The position numbers and the translations under genes were made by a program. The notes below the pieces were generated by a model. It had not been told where the DNA came from and ran no database searches. It was given only the letters and a program-made list of their open reading frames with translations. From an uncultured Arcobacter sp. (GTDB lineage Bacteria > Campylobacterota > Campylobacteria > Campylobacterales > Arcobacteraceae), in assembly GCA_965140705.1 (NCBI GenBank), contig OZ223302.1:128001-192000 (forward strand): a stretch of DNA of 64,000 nucleotides. The letters run 5' to 3'. Below, in pieces: positions 41,470-50,193 of the stretch (position 1 is its first letter; each line of letters opens with the position of its first letter).

Positions 41470-42169
41470 ATACGCTAATCTCCTTTGATTTTAAAACTTT
41501 GTCACTATTTTGTCCTAAATTAAAAATTACATCCAATATTGTTACTCCATGCTCAAATGGTGTAAAAAGCTGGGGATACTCTTTATACCCACTATAGTCC
41601 ATCCACTTTACCTTTATATTTTCTTTTTCAGCTAACTTTTCATCAAAATAATCTTTTGCAGAAGGACCACTTATATATACATCTGCATCACAATCTTTGC
41701 AAATACCAAGCAATTTTTCTGTTTGACCATCAACCAGCTCAAATTCACTAGACCATCTTATCTTTGTAGTAATACCCAATATCTCATTTATAGTAGTTAT
41801 AAATTCGTAGTTTATCTTGCTTAAATACTCTTCTTCACAACTTAAATATAACTCTTCAAAAATATTTTTATATTCTTTAAAATATGGAGCTTTTGAGTAG
41901 TTTTGTCTTATCTGTTGCCAATGTTTTTTTGCCCAATTTTTATCAGATATTTTTGTTTCATTAATTTTCTGAAAATATTTACCTTTTACATCAACTGGTA
42001 TCGTTAACCATTTCGGTCCTTGCGAAGTTTGTATCTTATTTCTATTTCGCCAATCTCTTTTTGTATACTGCATATCATCATAGAGGATAAATTCATCCGA
42101 CATATTGATAAGGTCAAAATAACCTTTCCATGGGATATAGTTAGATTGTAAAATGGCTATTTTTTTCAT
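41441..42169 (-). CDS. WbqC-family protein (putative aminoacyl/glycyl transferase)
   Basis: AILQSNYIPWKGYFDLI, YDDMQYTKRDWRNRNKI, YISGPSAKDY, ILDVIFN are WbqC family motifs. Confidence 0.9.
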   Translation of the reverse strand: MKKIAILQSNYIPWKGYFDLINMSDEFILYDDMQYTKRDWRNRNKIQTSQGPKWLTIPVDVKGKYFQKINETKISDKNWAKKHWQQIRQNYSKAPYFKEYKNIFEELYLSCEEEYLSKINYEFITTINEILGITTKIRWSSEFELVDGQTEKLLGICKDCDADVYISGPSAKDYFDEKLAEKENIKVKWMDYSGYKEYPQLFTPFEHGVTILDVIFNLGQNSDKVLKSKEISVYDSYDRKKD

Positions 42170-43671
42170 CTATCTTTTAATTCCTTTCTATTAACTTTGC
42201 CATTTTGATTTTTAGGAAGTATATCTAAAAAAATTATATTATTAGGTATCATGTATCTTGGTATCTTTTCTTTTAAATAACTTTTTATTTCCAGTTGTGT
42301 CAATTCTTCTTTTACTACAATATATGCTATTATTTTTCCATAATTTGAATTTTCTCTTTTGTATACTACTGCACATTCTTCAATAGCATCAATTGCATAT
42401 AAAGCAAGTTCAATTTCTTCTAGTTCTATTCTATAACCCATATGTTTAATTTGATTATCTAATCTCCCTTTAAAATACAGTAATCCATTTTTTTCTTCTA
42501 CTAAATCACCTGTTTTATACATGTGCTTTCTATAATGATTTTCATTTGTAAATTCAATGAAATTATTTTTAGTGCGTTCAGTATCATTATAATAACCTTT
42601 CCCAACATTCGGTCCAATTAAGCATAATTCACCTATTTTATTATCATATTCAGTTAAAATTATATATGAAAAATTTTGATTTATAGTACCTAAAGGTGGT
42701 AAGCCGTTTGTATCTTCAAAGTCATTTTCAATAATTTCATAGCTTGAACAAATACATGTACACTCTGTAGGTCCATAAACATTAATGAATCTTGAACGAT
42801 ATGAATATATGTCAAATAGTTTTTTTAATTCACTTTTAGGATACCCTTCTCCTCCAAAAGTAAAAATTCTTATTAATACTAAATTCTCTTTAGTCAATAC
42901 TCTCATTGTAGTTAAATACATTAACATCGAAGGTACAGAAAACCATATCGTACACTTGAGCTCATCAATATATTTAACAAGTTCCAAAGGAGCAGTTAAA
43001 AGTTCTTTCTTGATTGGAGTTAAAGAAGCTCCACTAAATAATGCACCATAAAAATCAAATACAGAATTATCAAAATACATAGGACTAATATTTGCAAAAT
43101 TATCGCTATTTGTTATCTTATATCTTAGTTGAATCCAATTTATTAAATGAATTATGTTTTGGTGTGTGATTGCCACTCCTTTTGGAGTACCTGTTGAGCC
43201 AGAGGTAAACATAATATAAGCTATCGTATCAGCATCAATGTGAATTTCTGTGTTTGTGTAAGCATTCGATACACAAATATCACCATATTGACAATAACTA
43301 ATCTTATTTAGTTCACTTGTTTTTTTAATATTTTTAAAAATAAAACTAGAAAAAATAAATTTAGGTTTACATAGTTTTAAGATAGCATCAATACGCTTTG
43401 TTGGATTCTCTATATCAATATTAATATATGCAATACCAGATTTCAAACAAGCAATCATTAAAGCATAATCTTCAAATGACTTTGTACTTGCTATAGCAAC
43501 TATATCACCTTGTGTTAAATTATTTTGTTGAAAATAGTTTACAAAATAGTTAGATTTCTCATCTAGATCATTATAGTTATATTCTATATCAATATAAACA
43601 ATTGCATTATTACTACTGTTCTTTTTTGCGATATTTTCAAAAAAATCTTTTAAATTATAAAAATATTTCAT
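42166..43671 (-). CDS. Stand-alone amino-acid adenylation domain (DltA/NRPS A-domain-like)
   Basis: A3 YIMFTSGSTGTPKGV, A4 FDNSV, A5 NVYGPTE, A7 YKTGDL, A8 GRLDNQIKHMGYRIELEEIE, A10 NGKVNR. Confidence 0.92.
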   Translation of the reverse strand: MKYFYNLKDFFENIAKKNSSNNAIVYIDIEYNYNDLDEKSNYFVNYFQQNNLTQGDIVAIASTKSFEDYALMIACLKSGIAYINIDIENPTKRIDAILKLCKPKFIFSSFIFKNIKKTSELNKISYCQYGDICVSNAYTNTEIHIDADTIAYIMFTSGSTGTPKGVAITHQNIIHLINWIQLRYKITNSDNFANISPMYFDNSVFDFYGALFSGASLTPIKKELLTAPLELVKYIDELKCTIWFSVPSMLMYLTTMRVLTKENLVLIRIFTFGGEGYPKSELKKLFDIYSYRSRFINVYGPTECTCICSSYEIIENDFEDTNGLPPLGTINQNFSYIILTEYDNKIGELCLIGPNVGKGYYNDTERTKNNFIEFTNENHYRKHMYKTGDLVEEKNGLLYFKGRLDNQIKHMGYRIELEEIELALYAIDAIEECAVVYKRENSNYGKIIAYIVVKEELTQLEIKSYLKEKIPRYMIPNNIIFLDILPKNQNGKVNRKELKDR

Positions 43672-44523
43672 CTATTCTACCAATATTGAACTTATTGGTA
43701 TTTGCGTCAAGTCACCAACAACTTTATCAAACTTTACTATATATGATTCTTTTTTAAATATAATAGTATCTTCGTACACAAATAATACTTGATAATTTTT
43801 AAATTTTTTTGCATAACTTAATAAGTACTCATTCGTTAGTATTTCAATACCAAAAACTTTATATTTATGATTTAAATATTCAAAGTATGCACCTTGAGAT
43901 TTGTTATTGAATGCCTTTATTTTATTTTTTATTTTTTCGATACTTTCCGTAAAAACAATAATTTTATCTTGTTCACTTCTAGAATAATATATATCTTGGC
44001 GATGGTGTTTTTGTTTAATTCTAGTTTGAAATTTATCATAATAAGCTAATTTAAAAACTTCTTTTTCTGCAATAAAACTTAATTGATACATTAATGAAAC
44101 ATCAAGGTCATTACTATATTCAATTTTAACTTGTGAAATAATATCGCCTGCATCAATGTTATCATTCATTATATGACATGTGGCACCTGAATTTCTATTG
44201 TATAAAATAGCTCCAATAACGGGGTCAATACCTTTTAAATCAGGTAATAAAGAAGGATGAACATTGATATATTTTTTATTTGGCATATTAGTAATAGGTA
44301 ATATATAAGGACACCCATTAGAAATTAATATGTCAAAATCAGTTTTATCTAATTTGTCTAATAAATCAGTTTTGGAAGATATTAAAGTATAGTTCTTGGA
44401 TATTGATTTGATATCTTTTTCCAAATGTGTATTCTTTATTACAAATATTTTTTCAATATTTAAACCTAAAGATATCATCTCTTCAAGTACAAACCTTCTA
44501 TTACCTACAAAAATAAATTTCAT
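43672..44523 (-). CDS. N10-formyl-THF-dependent formyltransferase
   Basis: INVHPSLLPDLKG, GATCHIMNDNIDAGDII. Confidence 0.85.
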   Translation of the reverse strand: MKFIFVGNRRFVLEEMISLGLNIEKIFVIKNTHLEKDIKSISKNYTLISSKTDLLDKLDKTDFDILISNGCPYILPITNMPNKKYINVHPSLLPDLKGIDPVIGAILYNRNSGATCHIMNDNIDAGDIISQVKIEYSNDLDVSLMYQLSFIAEKEVFKLAYYDKFQTRIKQKHHRQDIYYSRSEQDKIIVFTESIEKIKNKIKAFNNKSQGAYFEYLNHKYKVFGIEILTNEYLLSYAKKFKNYQVLFVYEDTIIFKKESYIVKFDKVVGDLTQIPISSILVE

Positions 44524-45263
44524 TAAATTGTCAATCCTCCATTAACTTCAATAACTGTTCCAGTTACAAAGTCATTTTCTATAATATACTTAACACTTTG
44601 AAAAATATTTTCACTCTCTCCTAATCTTTTTAGCGGAGTGTTAGAAACTATGTGTTTTATATTTTTTTCACTTAATGCTATATTTGTAGATTCTGTATTT
44701 ATAAAACCAGGAGCTATAGCATTGCTTCTTATTCCAAAACTCCCAAGCTCTTTTGCCCATGTTTTAGTCATCGCTTCAACTGCTGCTTTAGATGCACTAT
44801 ATGCTGTTTGTCCTGCATTCCCTTTCGCACTAATTGAACTTATGTTTATTATTACACCTTTTGTTCTTTTTAACACCATCTTTTCAGCTACTATTGAACT
44901 TAATATAAATACAGAATTCAAATTTATTTCTAAATTCTTTTTAAAAGTATCATAACTATGCTTCATAGAAGAAGGATTCATTATATTTATAAGTGGCTCA
45001 TTGTAAATAACTCCAGCATTATTGACTAAAATATCTATCTTTGAAAATTTATTTATAATATCATCAATATACTCTTGAACTAACTGATAATTAGTAATAT
45101 CAACATCATAAGCTATAAATCTTCTATCAAGTTGCTTTAATTTTTCTTTATCTATATCTAAAACTATTACAGTAACATCATTTTCCAAAAGTCCTTTTGC
45201 AATACTAAAGCCTAAGCCACCTGTTCCCCCTGTTACAATGGCTACTTTATCTTTAAGCTCCAA
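44523..45263 (-). CDS. FabG-like ketoacyl-ACP reductase (SDR)
   Basis: TGGTGGLG, LVNNAGV, GNAGQTAYSASK, NAIAPGFINT. Confidence 0.88.
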   Translation of the reverse strand: MELKDKVAIVTGGTGGLGFSIAKGLLENDVTVIVLDIDKEKLKQLDRRFIAYDVDITNYQLVQEYIDDIINKFSKIDILVNNAGVIYNEPLINIMNPSSMKHSYDTFKKNLEINLNSVFILSSIVAEKMVLKRTKGVIINISSISAKGNAGQTAYSASKAAVEAMTKTWAKELGSFGIRSNAIAPGFINTESTNIALSEKNIKHIVSNTPLKRLGESENIFQSVKYIIENDFVTGTVIEVNGGLTI

Positions 45264-45492
45264 TATCTACACCTTTATTTTTTAAAATTTCTATAATTTT
45301 TTCAATTGAAGTCATTTCTACAATCTCTAGCATCTCTAGTTCTACATTAAACTCTTTTTCAATTGATGTTACTAAATCCATTTGTGTTAATGAATCCCAA
45401 CCATCAATATCATCTTTTGTTAAATCTATTTTTATGTCAGAAACTTTTATTTCAAAAATTTCTGCCAATATTTCCATTATTTTACTATTCAT
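45253..45492 (-). CDS. Acyl/aminoacyl carrier protein
   Basis: 79 aa, acidic, GWDSL phosphopantetheine attachment motif. Confidence 0.9.
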   Translation of the reverse strand: MNSKIMEILAEIFEIKVSDIKIDLTKDDIDGWDSLTQMDLVTSIEKEFNVELEMLEIVEMTSIEKIIEILKNKGVDIGA

Positions 45493-45502
45493 CTTTTTAT
45501 TC

Positions 45503-46177
45503 CTATTTCATAAAATATTTTACATAATCAAGTGCTGGGAATCTATGTTTTTCTCCAACTCTAGCTAAAAAGACTTCATTAGCTTTAGTATTAGAAGAGA
45601 TCAATACATGTGCTCCGATAATATTTAATTTTTCAACTTTAACTTGATTGACTACTGTTACTCCAACACCTACAAAAGTATTCGAGCCAATTTTTGCTTC
45701 TCCAGCGATAACACTTCCTGAAGCAATCCAACAATTATTTTCAATAACAGAATGATGTGCGATTGTACAATTAGCCCAAATAAAACTATTTTTTCCTATA
45801 GAAGAAAATGGCTCTATAACACTATTAGATAGGACTAAACTACCCTCACCTATATCATTATTATTGTAAATTTTTGCATCTTTATGAATATATGTTAAAA
45901 CGGTAAAACCCAATTCTTTTATTGTATGAAATATATGTTCTCTATCTTGGTTAAGGTTATTATAACCCATTGCAATTAAAACTTCAAAATCATTTGGAGA
46001 GTAATAATCTAATAATTTTTCCAATGCAACTACTTTCTTACCAAATAAAGAGTTCTCTTCTATATATTCTTCATTTACACAAAAGCATTCAACAAAATAC
46101 CTATCATCATCATTTACATAACTATATAATATTTGTGCAGTTATTGAGTTTCCGATTATTATAATCTTCTTTTTCAT
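45503..46177 (-). CDS. Hexapeptide-repeat acyltransferase (NeuD/PglD-like)
   Basis: N-terminal Rossmann-like segment, AMGYNNLNQDR, beta-helix repeats with IAHH. Confidence 0.85.
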   Translation of the reverse strand: MKKKIIIIGNSITAQILYSYVNDDDRYFVECFCVNEEYIEENSLFGKKVVALEKLLDYYSPNDFEVLIAMGYNNLNQDREHIFHTIKELGFTVLTYIHKDAKIYNNNDIGEGSLVLSNSVIEPFSSIGKNSFIWANCTIAHHSVIENNCWIASGSVIAGEAKIGSNTFVGVGVTVVNQVKVEKLNIIGAHVLISSNTKANEVFLARVGEKHRFPALDYVKYFMK

Positions 46178-47097
46178 TGTTTATCCTCTGATACAGCTAA
46201 TCCAAACCCAGTTTTTCCATAGCCATTTCCATTATATAGCATGTATTTTATATTTTTATGTTCAAAAACACATGGATAGCATATCATTTCACTATCCCAC
46301 CCGGTTGAGCTTACATCTATTCCTGATTTATCATCTTTTCTAATCCAATTTACTGTATCTACAGACTCTGAGTAACCCATTCTATAAGTTTTTATAGATT
46401 CTGTTGCTCTATGAGCATACCACATATGATATTTTCCTTCCCACTTTACAACAGTTGGTCTTCCAAAAGCATATTCATATTCATCTGCAAAAGGAATAGC
46501 CATTCCCTCATCAAACTTCCAATCAAGTCCATTTTTTGATGTTCCATGATGTAAACCATATTTATGCTCCCAGTTTACACCTTGTTTTTCCCATTTTATG
46601 CCAGAGTTATACCAAGTATGCCATAAATCTTTCTCATCTATAAAAAATGCCGTTGCTGCTGCAAAAAGAGGATGATACCTATCTCTACCTATTATCGGTC
46701 CTAAAAATTCTTTTTTTAAAGTTAATGAATCCAATTCTAATTTTGCTCTACCTGTGTCACATATCCAAAGATTATCTGGTAAATTTTGCCAGCCTACATA
46801 GTACAAATAAATTTGATTGTCATTTTTTATAAGACAACCACTAATTACTCCATCACAATCAAAATATCCATAATCCCCTGGAGATAATGCTAGTTTTGGC
46901 TCAGACACTAACTCAATTTTTCCATTTTGAACATTCGCATATACTAAAAAAACATGAGATTTTCGTAAATGATCTCTTTTTGTAAAAGCAATTAAAAATC
47001 TATCATTTTCAATGTGAATAATACAAGGATGAGAAGCATGCGTCCAACCTTCATCTTCTGTCTGATACAAGATGCCTTTTTTTAGCCAATTAAACAT
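46174..47097 (-). CDS. Five-bladed beta-propeller protein (GH32/GH43/GH130-like fold), function unknown
   Basis: Repeated blades (FDCDGV, YLYYVGW, YHMWYA, GWDSEMICYP, MLYNGNGYGKTGFGLA); no signal peptide. Confidence 0.65.
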   Translation of the reverse strand: MFNWLKKGILYQTEDEGWTHASHPCIIHIENDRFLIAFTKRDHLRKSHVFLVYANVQNGKIELVSEPKLALSPGDYGYFDCDGVISGCLIKNDNQIYLYYVGWQNLPDNLWICDTGRAKLELDSLTLKKEFLGPIIGRDRYHPLFAAATAFFIDEKDLWHTWYNSGIKWEKQGVNWEHKYGLHHGTSKNGLDWKFDEGMAIPFADEYEYAFGRPTVVKWEGKYHMWYAHRATESIKTYRMGYSESVDTVNWIRKDDKSGIDVSSTGWDSEMICYPCVFEHKNIKYMLYNGNGYGKTGFGLAVSEDKQ

Positions 47098-48058
47098 TTT
47101 TCAATCCTTGTTTTAATAACTCCTCGATAAATTCCACTCTGCTTATTCCTTTATTATTAGCAAGTTTATAAATTTGATCTTTTAACTTTAAATCTATACC
47201 TTCAATTTGACCATAATATCTACTCTTTAATGTTCCACCACGTAAACCTTTGTGAGATACATCATAGTTAACATCAAGTTCTTTATCAGATTTTCTAAAA
47301 CTAACAACATAAAAATAATAACTGCATTCCCAAGATATAACTACATCTCTAGCAGTGACTGGCAAATCTTCTAGTGGAGCATTAAAATCACACAATGGAT
47401 TATTGACTATTATTATTTTACCGTGTTCAGTCTCTTTTAACCAAGGTGCTACAGTTTCATCACCAAACACTACCATTGCATTCTCTTTTGCAACTCTATT
47501 CATTTCAGAAATACCTTTCTTAATGTCAGGAAATAAATTTATACCACCAAAATGGTATACAGCATCGAATGAAGAGTCATTAAATGGCAAATTTGTTGCA
47601 TCACTTACCGAAAATATTATTTCATAGTCTTTAAGATTTTCATTGTTATCAACTCTTTTTTGAGCTTCTTCTATCATTTGCTTTGAGAAATCTTGAGCAT
47701 AAATAGTACCTTCTTTTCCAACCTTTTCAGCGATATATGGTAAATCATCACCAAGACCAGCTCCTGTTACCAAGACGATATCACTTTTTTTTAAATTTAA
47801 TCGCTTAATTAAGCTTGTTCTTAATTCATCTTCTGAAGTTTTAAATGTTTCTAACACCCACTTCATAGAGTTATCATATCTTTCTCCAACTTCTTTTATA
47901 TCTAAAGTATACTCATTCTTACTTCTGTCAAAATCAAAAATAGGTATTTTATTTTCTTTTAAAAAATCATAAGTATGTCCATTTTTACATGCTAATCCAT
48001 TATTATGATCAAATAAACCTTCGTTACAATTTATACATTTATAAATGCTATTACTCAC
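47090..48058 (-). CDS. Class I SAM methyltransferase with N-terminal Zn-ribbon and C-terminal extension
   Basis: CINC..CKNGH, VTGAGLGDD, QDFSKQM, DATNLPFND.SFDAVYHFGG; likely GTG at 48058. Confidence 0.8.
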   Translation of the reverse strand: MSNSIYKCINCNEGLFDHNNGLACKNGHTYDFLKENKIPIFDFDRSKNEYTLDIKEVGERYDNSMKWVLETFKTSEDELRTSLIKRLNLKKSDIVLVTGAGLGDDLPYIAEKVGKEGTIYAQDFSKQMIEEAQKRVDNNENLKDYEIIFSVSDATNLPFNDSSFDAVYHFGGINLFPDIKKGISEMNRVAKENAMVVFGDETVAPWLKETEHGKIIIVNNPLCDFNAPLEDLPVTARDVVISWECSYYFYVVSFRKSDKELDVNYDVSHKGLRGGTLKSRYYGQIEGIDLKLKDQIYKLANNKGISRVEFIEELLKQGLKNV

Positions 48059-48986
48059 TTTTTCCCTTCTCATCATAAATTTTTTTGATTAATGTATATG
48101 GTCTAAGCTTTACCTCTTTAAATATCTTTGATATATAAATTCCTATAATTCCAAGTGTCATTATAGTTAATCCACCAAAAAACCATATTGAAGCTATTAC
48201 AGATGCCCAACCATCAACTTGAATATCATAAATAAGTTTACTAATAATAATTTTTACTATATAAACACATGAAAAAAAAGTCACCATAGTACCGATTGAG
48301 AAAATTATTTTTAATGGTTTGTCGCTAAATGAAACAATAGAATTAAAAAACAAAGATAATTTACTTCTTAATGAATAAGTTGTTGGTGAACTATCAGCTT
48401 TATTTACTTCAATCGATTTTTGATTAAATCCAATATCAGAAAATATACAACCCAAACATAATTCTCGTTCATTATAGGATACGATTGCATCTTTAGCTTT
48501 TTTTGTTAAAAGTCTTATTGTTAATAAGTTTTTAGGAATAGAGATGCTAGATAAACTGTTAAAAAGCTTATAGAATATTTCACCACTAATTTTTTCAAAC
48601 CATCCACCTTTACGACTTTTTTGTACTCCATAAACAACATCTAAATCTTCTTCTTTATGTAACTCTCCCCAAAACTTACTCAATAATTCAGGTTCTTCTT
48701 CTAGATCACTGTCTATAAGAAATACAAATTCTCCTTTAGCATGAGATAGTCCTGTCATGATTGCTTTATGATGACCAAAGTTTTTTGATAATTCTATCAC
48801 TTTTACTTTGATGTCTTTTTCATGTAAAACTATTGCTTTTTGCAAACTATCATCAGGACTACCATCATCTACAAATATTATTTCATAATCATCAGTTATT
48901 TTTTTTGCCTCTTTTGATATACGAGTATAAAACTCATCTATGTATGGAGATGACTTGTATAGCGTTGTTACGATTGAAAGTTTCAT
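48051..48986 (-). CDS. GtrB/ArnC-like GT2 polyprenyl-phosphate glycosyltransferase
   Basis: FVDDGSPD, LSKNFGHHKA, IDSDLEEEP, two C-terminal TMs, GIYISKIFKEVKLRPY; ATG at 48986. Confidence 0.9.
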   Translation of the reverse strand: MKLSIVTTLYKSSPYIDEFYTRISKEAKKITDDYEIIFVDDGSPDDSLQKAIVLHEKDIKVKVIELSKNFGHHKAIMTGLSHAKGEFVFLIDSDLEEEPELLSKFWGELHKEEDLDVVYGVQKSRKGGWFEKISGEIFYKLFNSLSSISIPKNLLTIRLLTKKAKDAIVSYNERELCLGCIFSDIGFNQKSIEVNKADSSPTTYSLRSKLSLFFNSIVSFSDKPLKIIFSIGTMVTFFSCVYIVKIIISKLIYDIQVDGWASVIASIWFFGGLTIMTLGIIGIYISKIFKEVKLRPYTLIKKIYDEKGKSE

Positions 48987-48987
48987 T

Positions 48988-50193
48988 TTACATTTTCCCA
49001 TCAAGATATTTACCAGTCTCTTTATGTCCAAAATCTGGAATCATTTCAAAAAACTCTTTTACAATATCTTCTTTTGTCCATGATAAATTTGATTTAAGAT
49101 TTCTAATTGTAACTTCAAAATGATTTAACTTTTCTTCATCAAAAATAGCTTCATTTTTAATCACTCCAAGATTTTCAAATTTTTTCATATCTAAAACTTC
49201 TTTATCTGTAAAAAACTCTTCAAAATCTTTTTCACCTGTTGTATCGCTTGCAGTAAATAAACAAGGCCACTGTTTTGAATTTTGAATGTTTAATTTTGAG
49301 TTATTAATAAAAAAACTTCTTGCTTTTTCTTCATCTTTGCAAACATATGGCTCATATCCTAAGTCTTCTAGATATTTCACTGCTATATCTGAGAATGACA
49401 TTAAGTGTAGATTTTCGCTTAGTTTGGGAAAGAAAATATCCCTATTTTCACCAAAAATACAAGACATCAGGCAAAGTTCACCTGATTCTTGTGGTGTTAC
49501 AAAGTATCTTTTTATATCATTGGGTGCTACGATAGGTTGATTTTTTTGAATTCTTTGATTAAAACCATGAAGTAAACTTCCATCACTAAAAGCAACATTA
49601 GCAAATCTTGCCATTGAAACATCTATTTGTTTTGATTTTCGCATAACAAACATTTCCATTATTCGTTTACTTGCACCCATCATATTTACAGGATTTGCAG
49701 CTTTATCTGTACTTACACAAAAATATTTTTTAGTTCCATTTTTAATAGATTGTTGTAAAGTTTTATCAGTATTAAGAATATTTGTTTCAATCATTCGCAT
49801 AAGAGTAAATGGATCTTTTTCACTTCTTACATGCTTAAGAGCTGATAAGTTTAAGACATAATCATATTTCCCATCTTGCTTTATAAAAGCATCATATTCT
49901 AAAGAAGCTATGTCAAGAGCAAATGTAGCAAAGTCACCATCTATATACCCTAAACTACTCCTTATATCACGCACTAATTCAACCATATTGTTTTCACTAA
50001 TGTCTACAACATGCAATTTCTTTGGATTTCTTTTAAATATCTCTTTTGTAACAGCTTGCCCAATAGAGCCAGCACCACCAATTACTAAAAAAGTTGAGGA
50101 TGAAACTATCTTTTTCAGATTGTCATTATTATTTGAAATATCATCTGTAAAAAGTTCTTTTGTTCTTCCTATTAAATTTAATATTTTATCCAT
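48988..50193 (-). CDS. legB: NDP-GlcNAc 4,6-dehydratase of the legionaminic acid pathway (LegB-like)
   Basis: GGAGSIGQAV, DISENNMVELVRDIRS, LSALKHVRSEKDP, STDKAANPVNMMGASKR, ARFANVAFSDGSL. Confidence 0.85.
   Translation of the reverse strand: MDKILNLIGRTKELFTDDISNNNDNLKKIVSSSTFLVIGGAGSIGQAVTKEIFKRNPKKLHVVDISENNMVELVRDIRSSLGYIDGDFATFALDIASLEYDAFIKQDGKYDYVLNLSALKHVRSEKDPFTLMRMIETNILNTDKTLQQSIKNGTKKYFCVSTDKAANPVNMMGASKRIMEMFVMRKSKQIDVSMARFANVAFSDGSLLHGFNQRIQKNQPIVAPNDIKRYFVTPQESGELCLMSCIFGENRDIFFPKLSENLHLMSFSDIAVKYLEDLGYEPYVCKDEEKARSFFINNSKLNIQNSKQWPCLFTASDTTGEKDFEEFFTDKEVLDMKKFENLGVIKNEAIFDEEKLNHFEVTIRNLKSNLSWTKEDIVKEFFEMIPDFGHKETGKYLDGKM
49275..49302. repeat. Degenerate heptamer tandem repeat (TTGAATT x4) inside legB
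   Basis: ttgaatt ttgaatg tttaatt ttgagtt; encodes NSKLNIQNSK. Confidence 0.65.

Noticed and set aside
42166..45492. A-domain/ACP as a secondary-metabolite NRPS/PKS or a dlt teichoic-acid operon
   Set aside because: No condensation, ketosynthase or thioesterase domains and no DltB/DltD; the context is sugar tailoring in a diderm.
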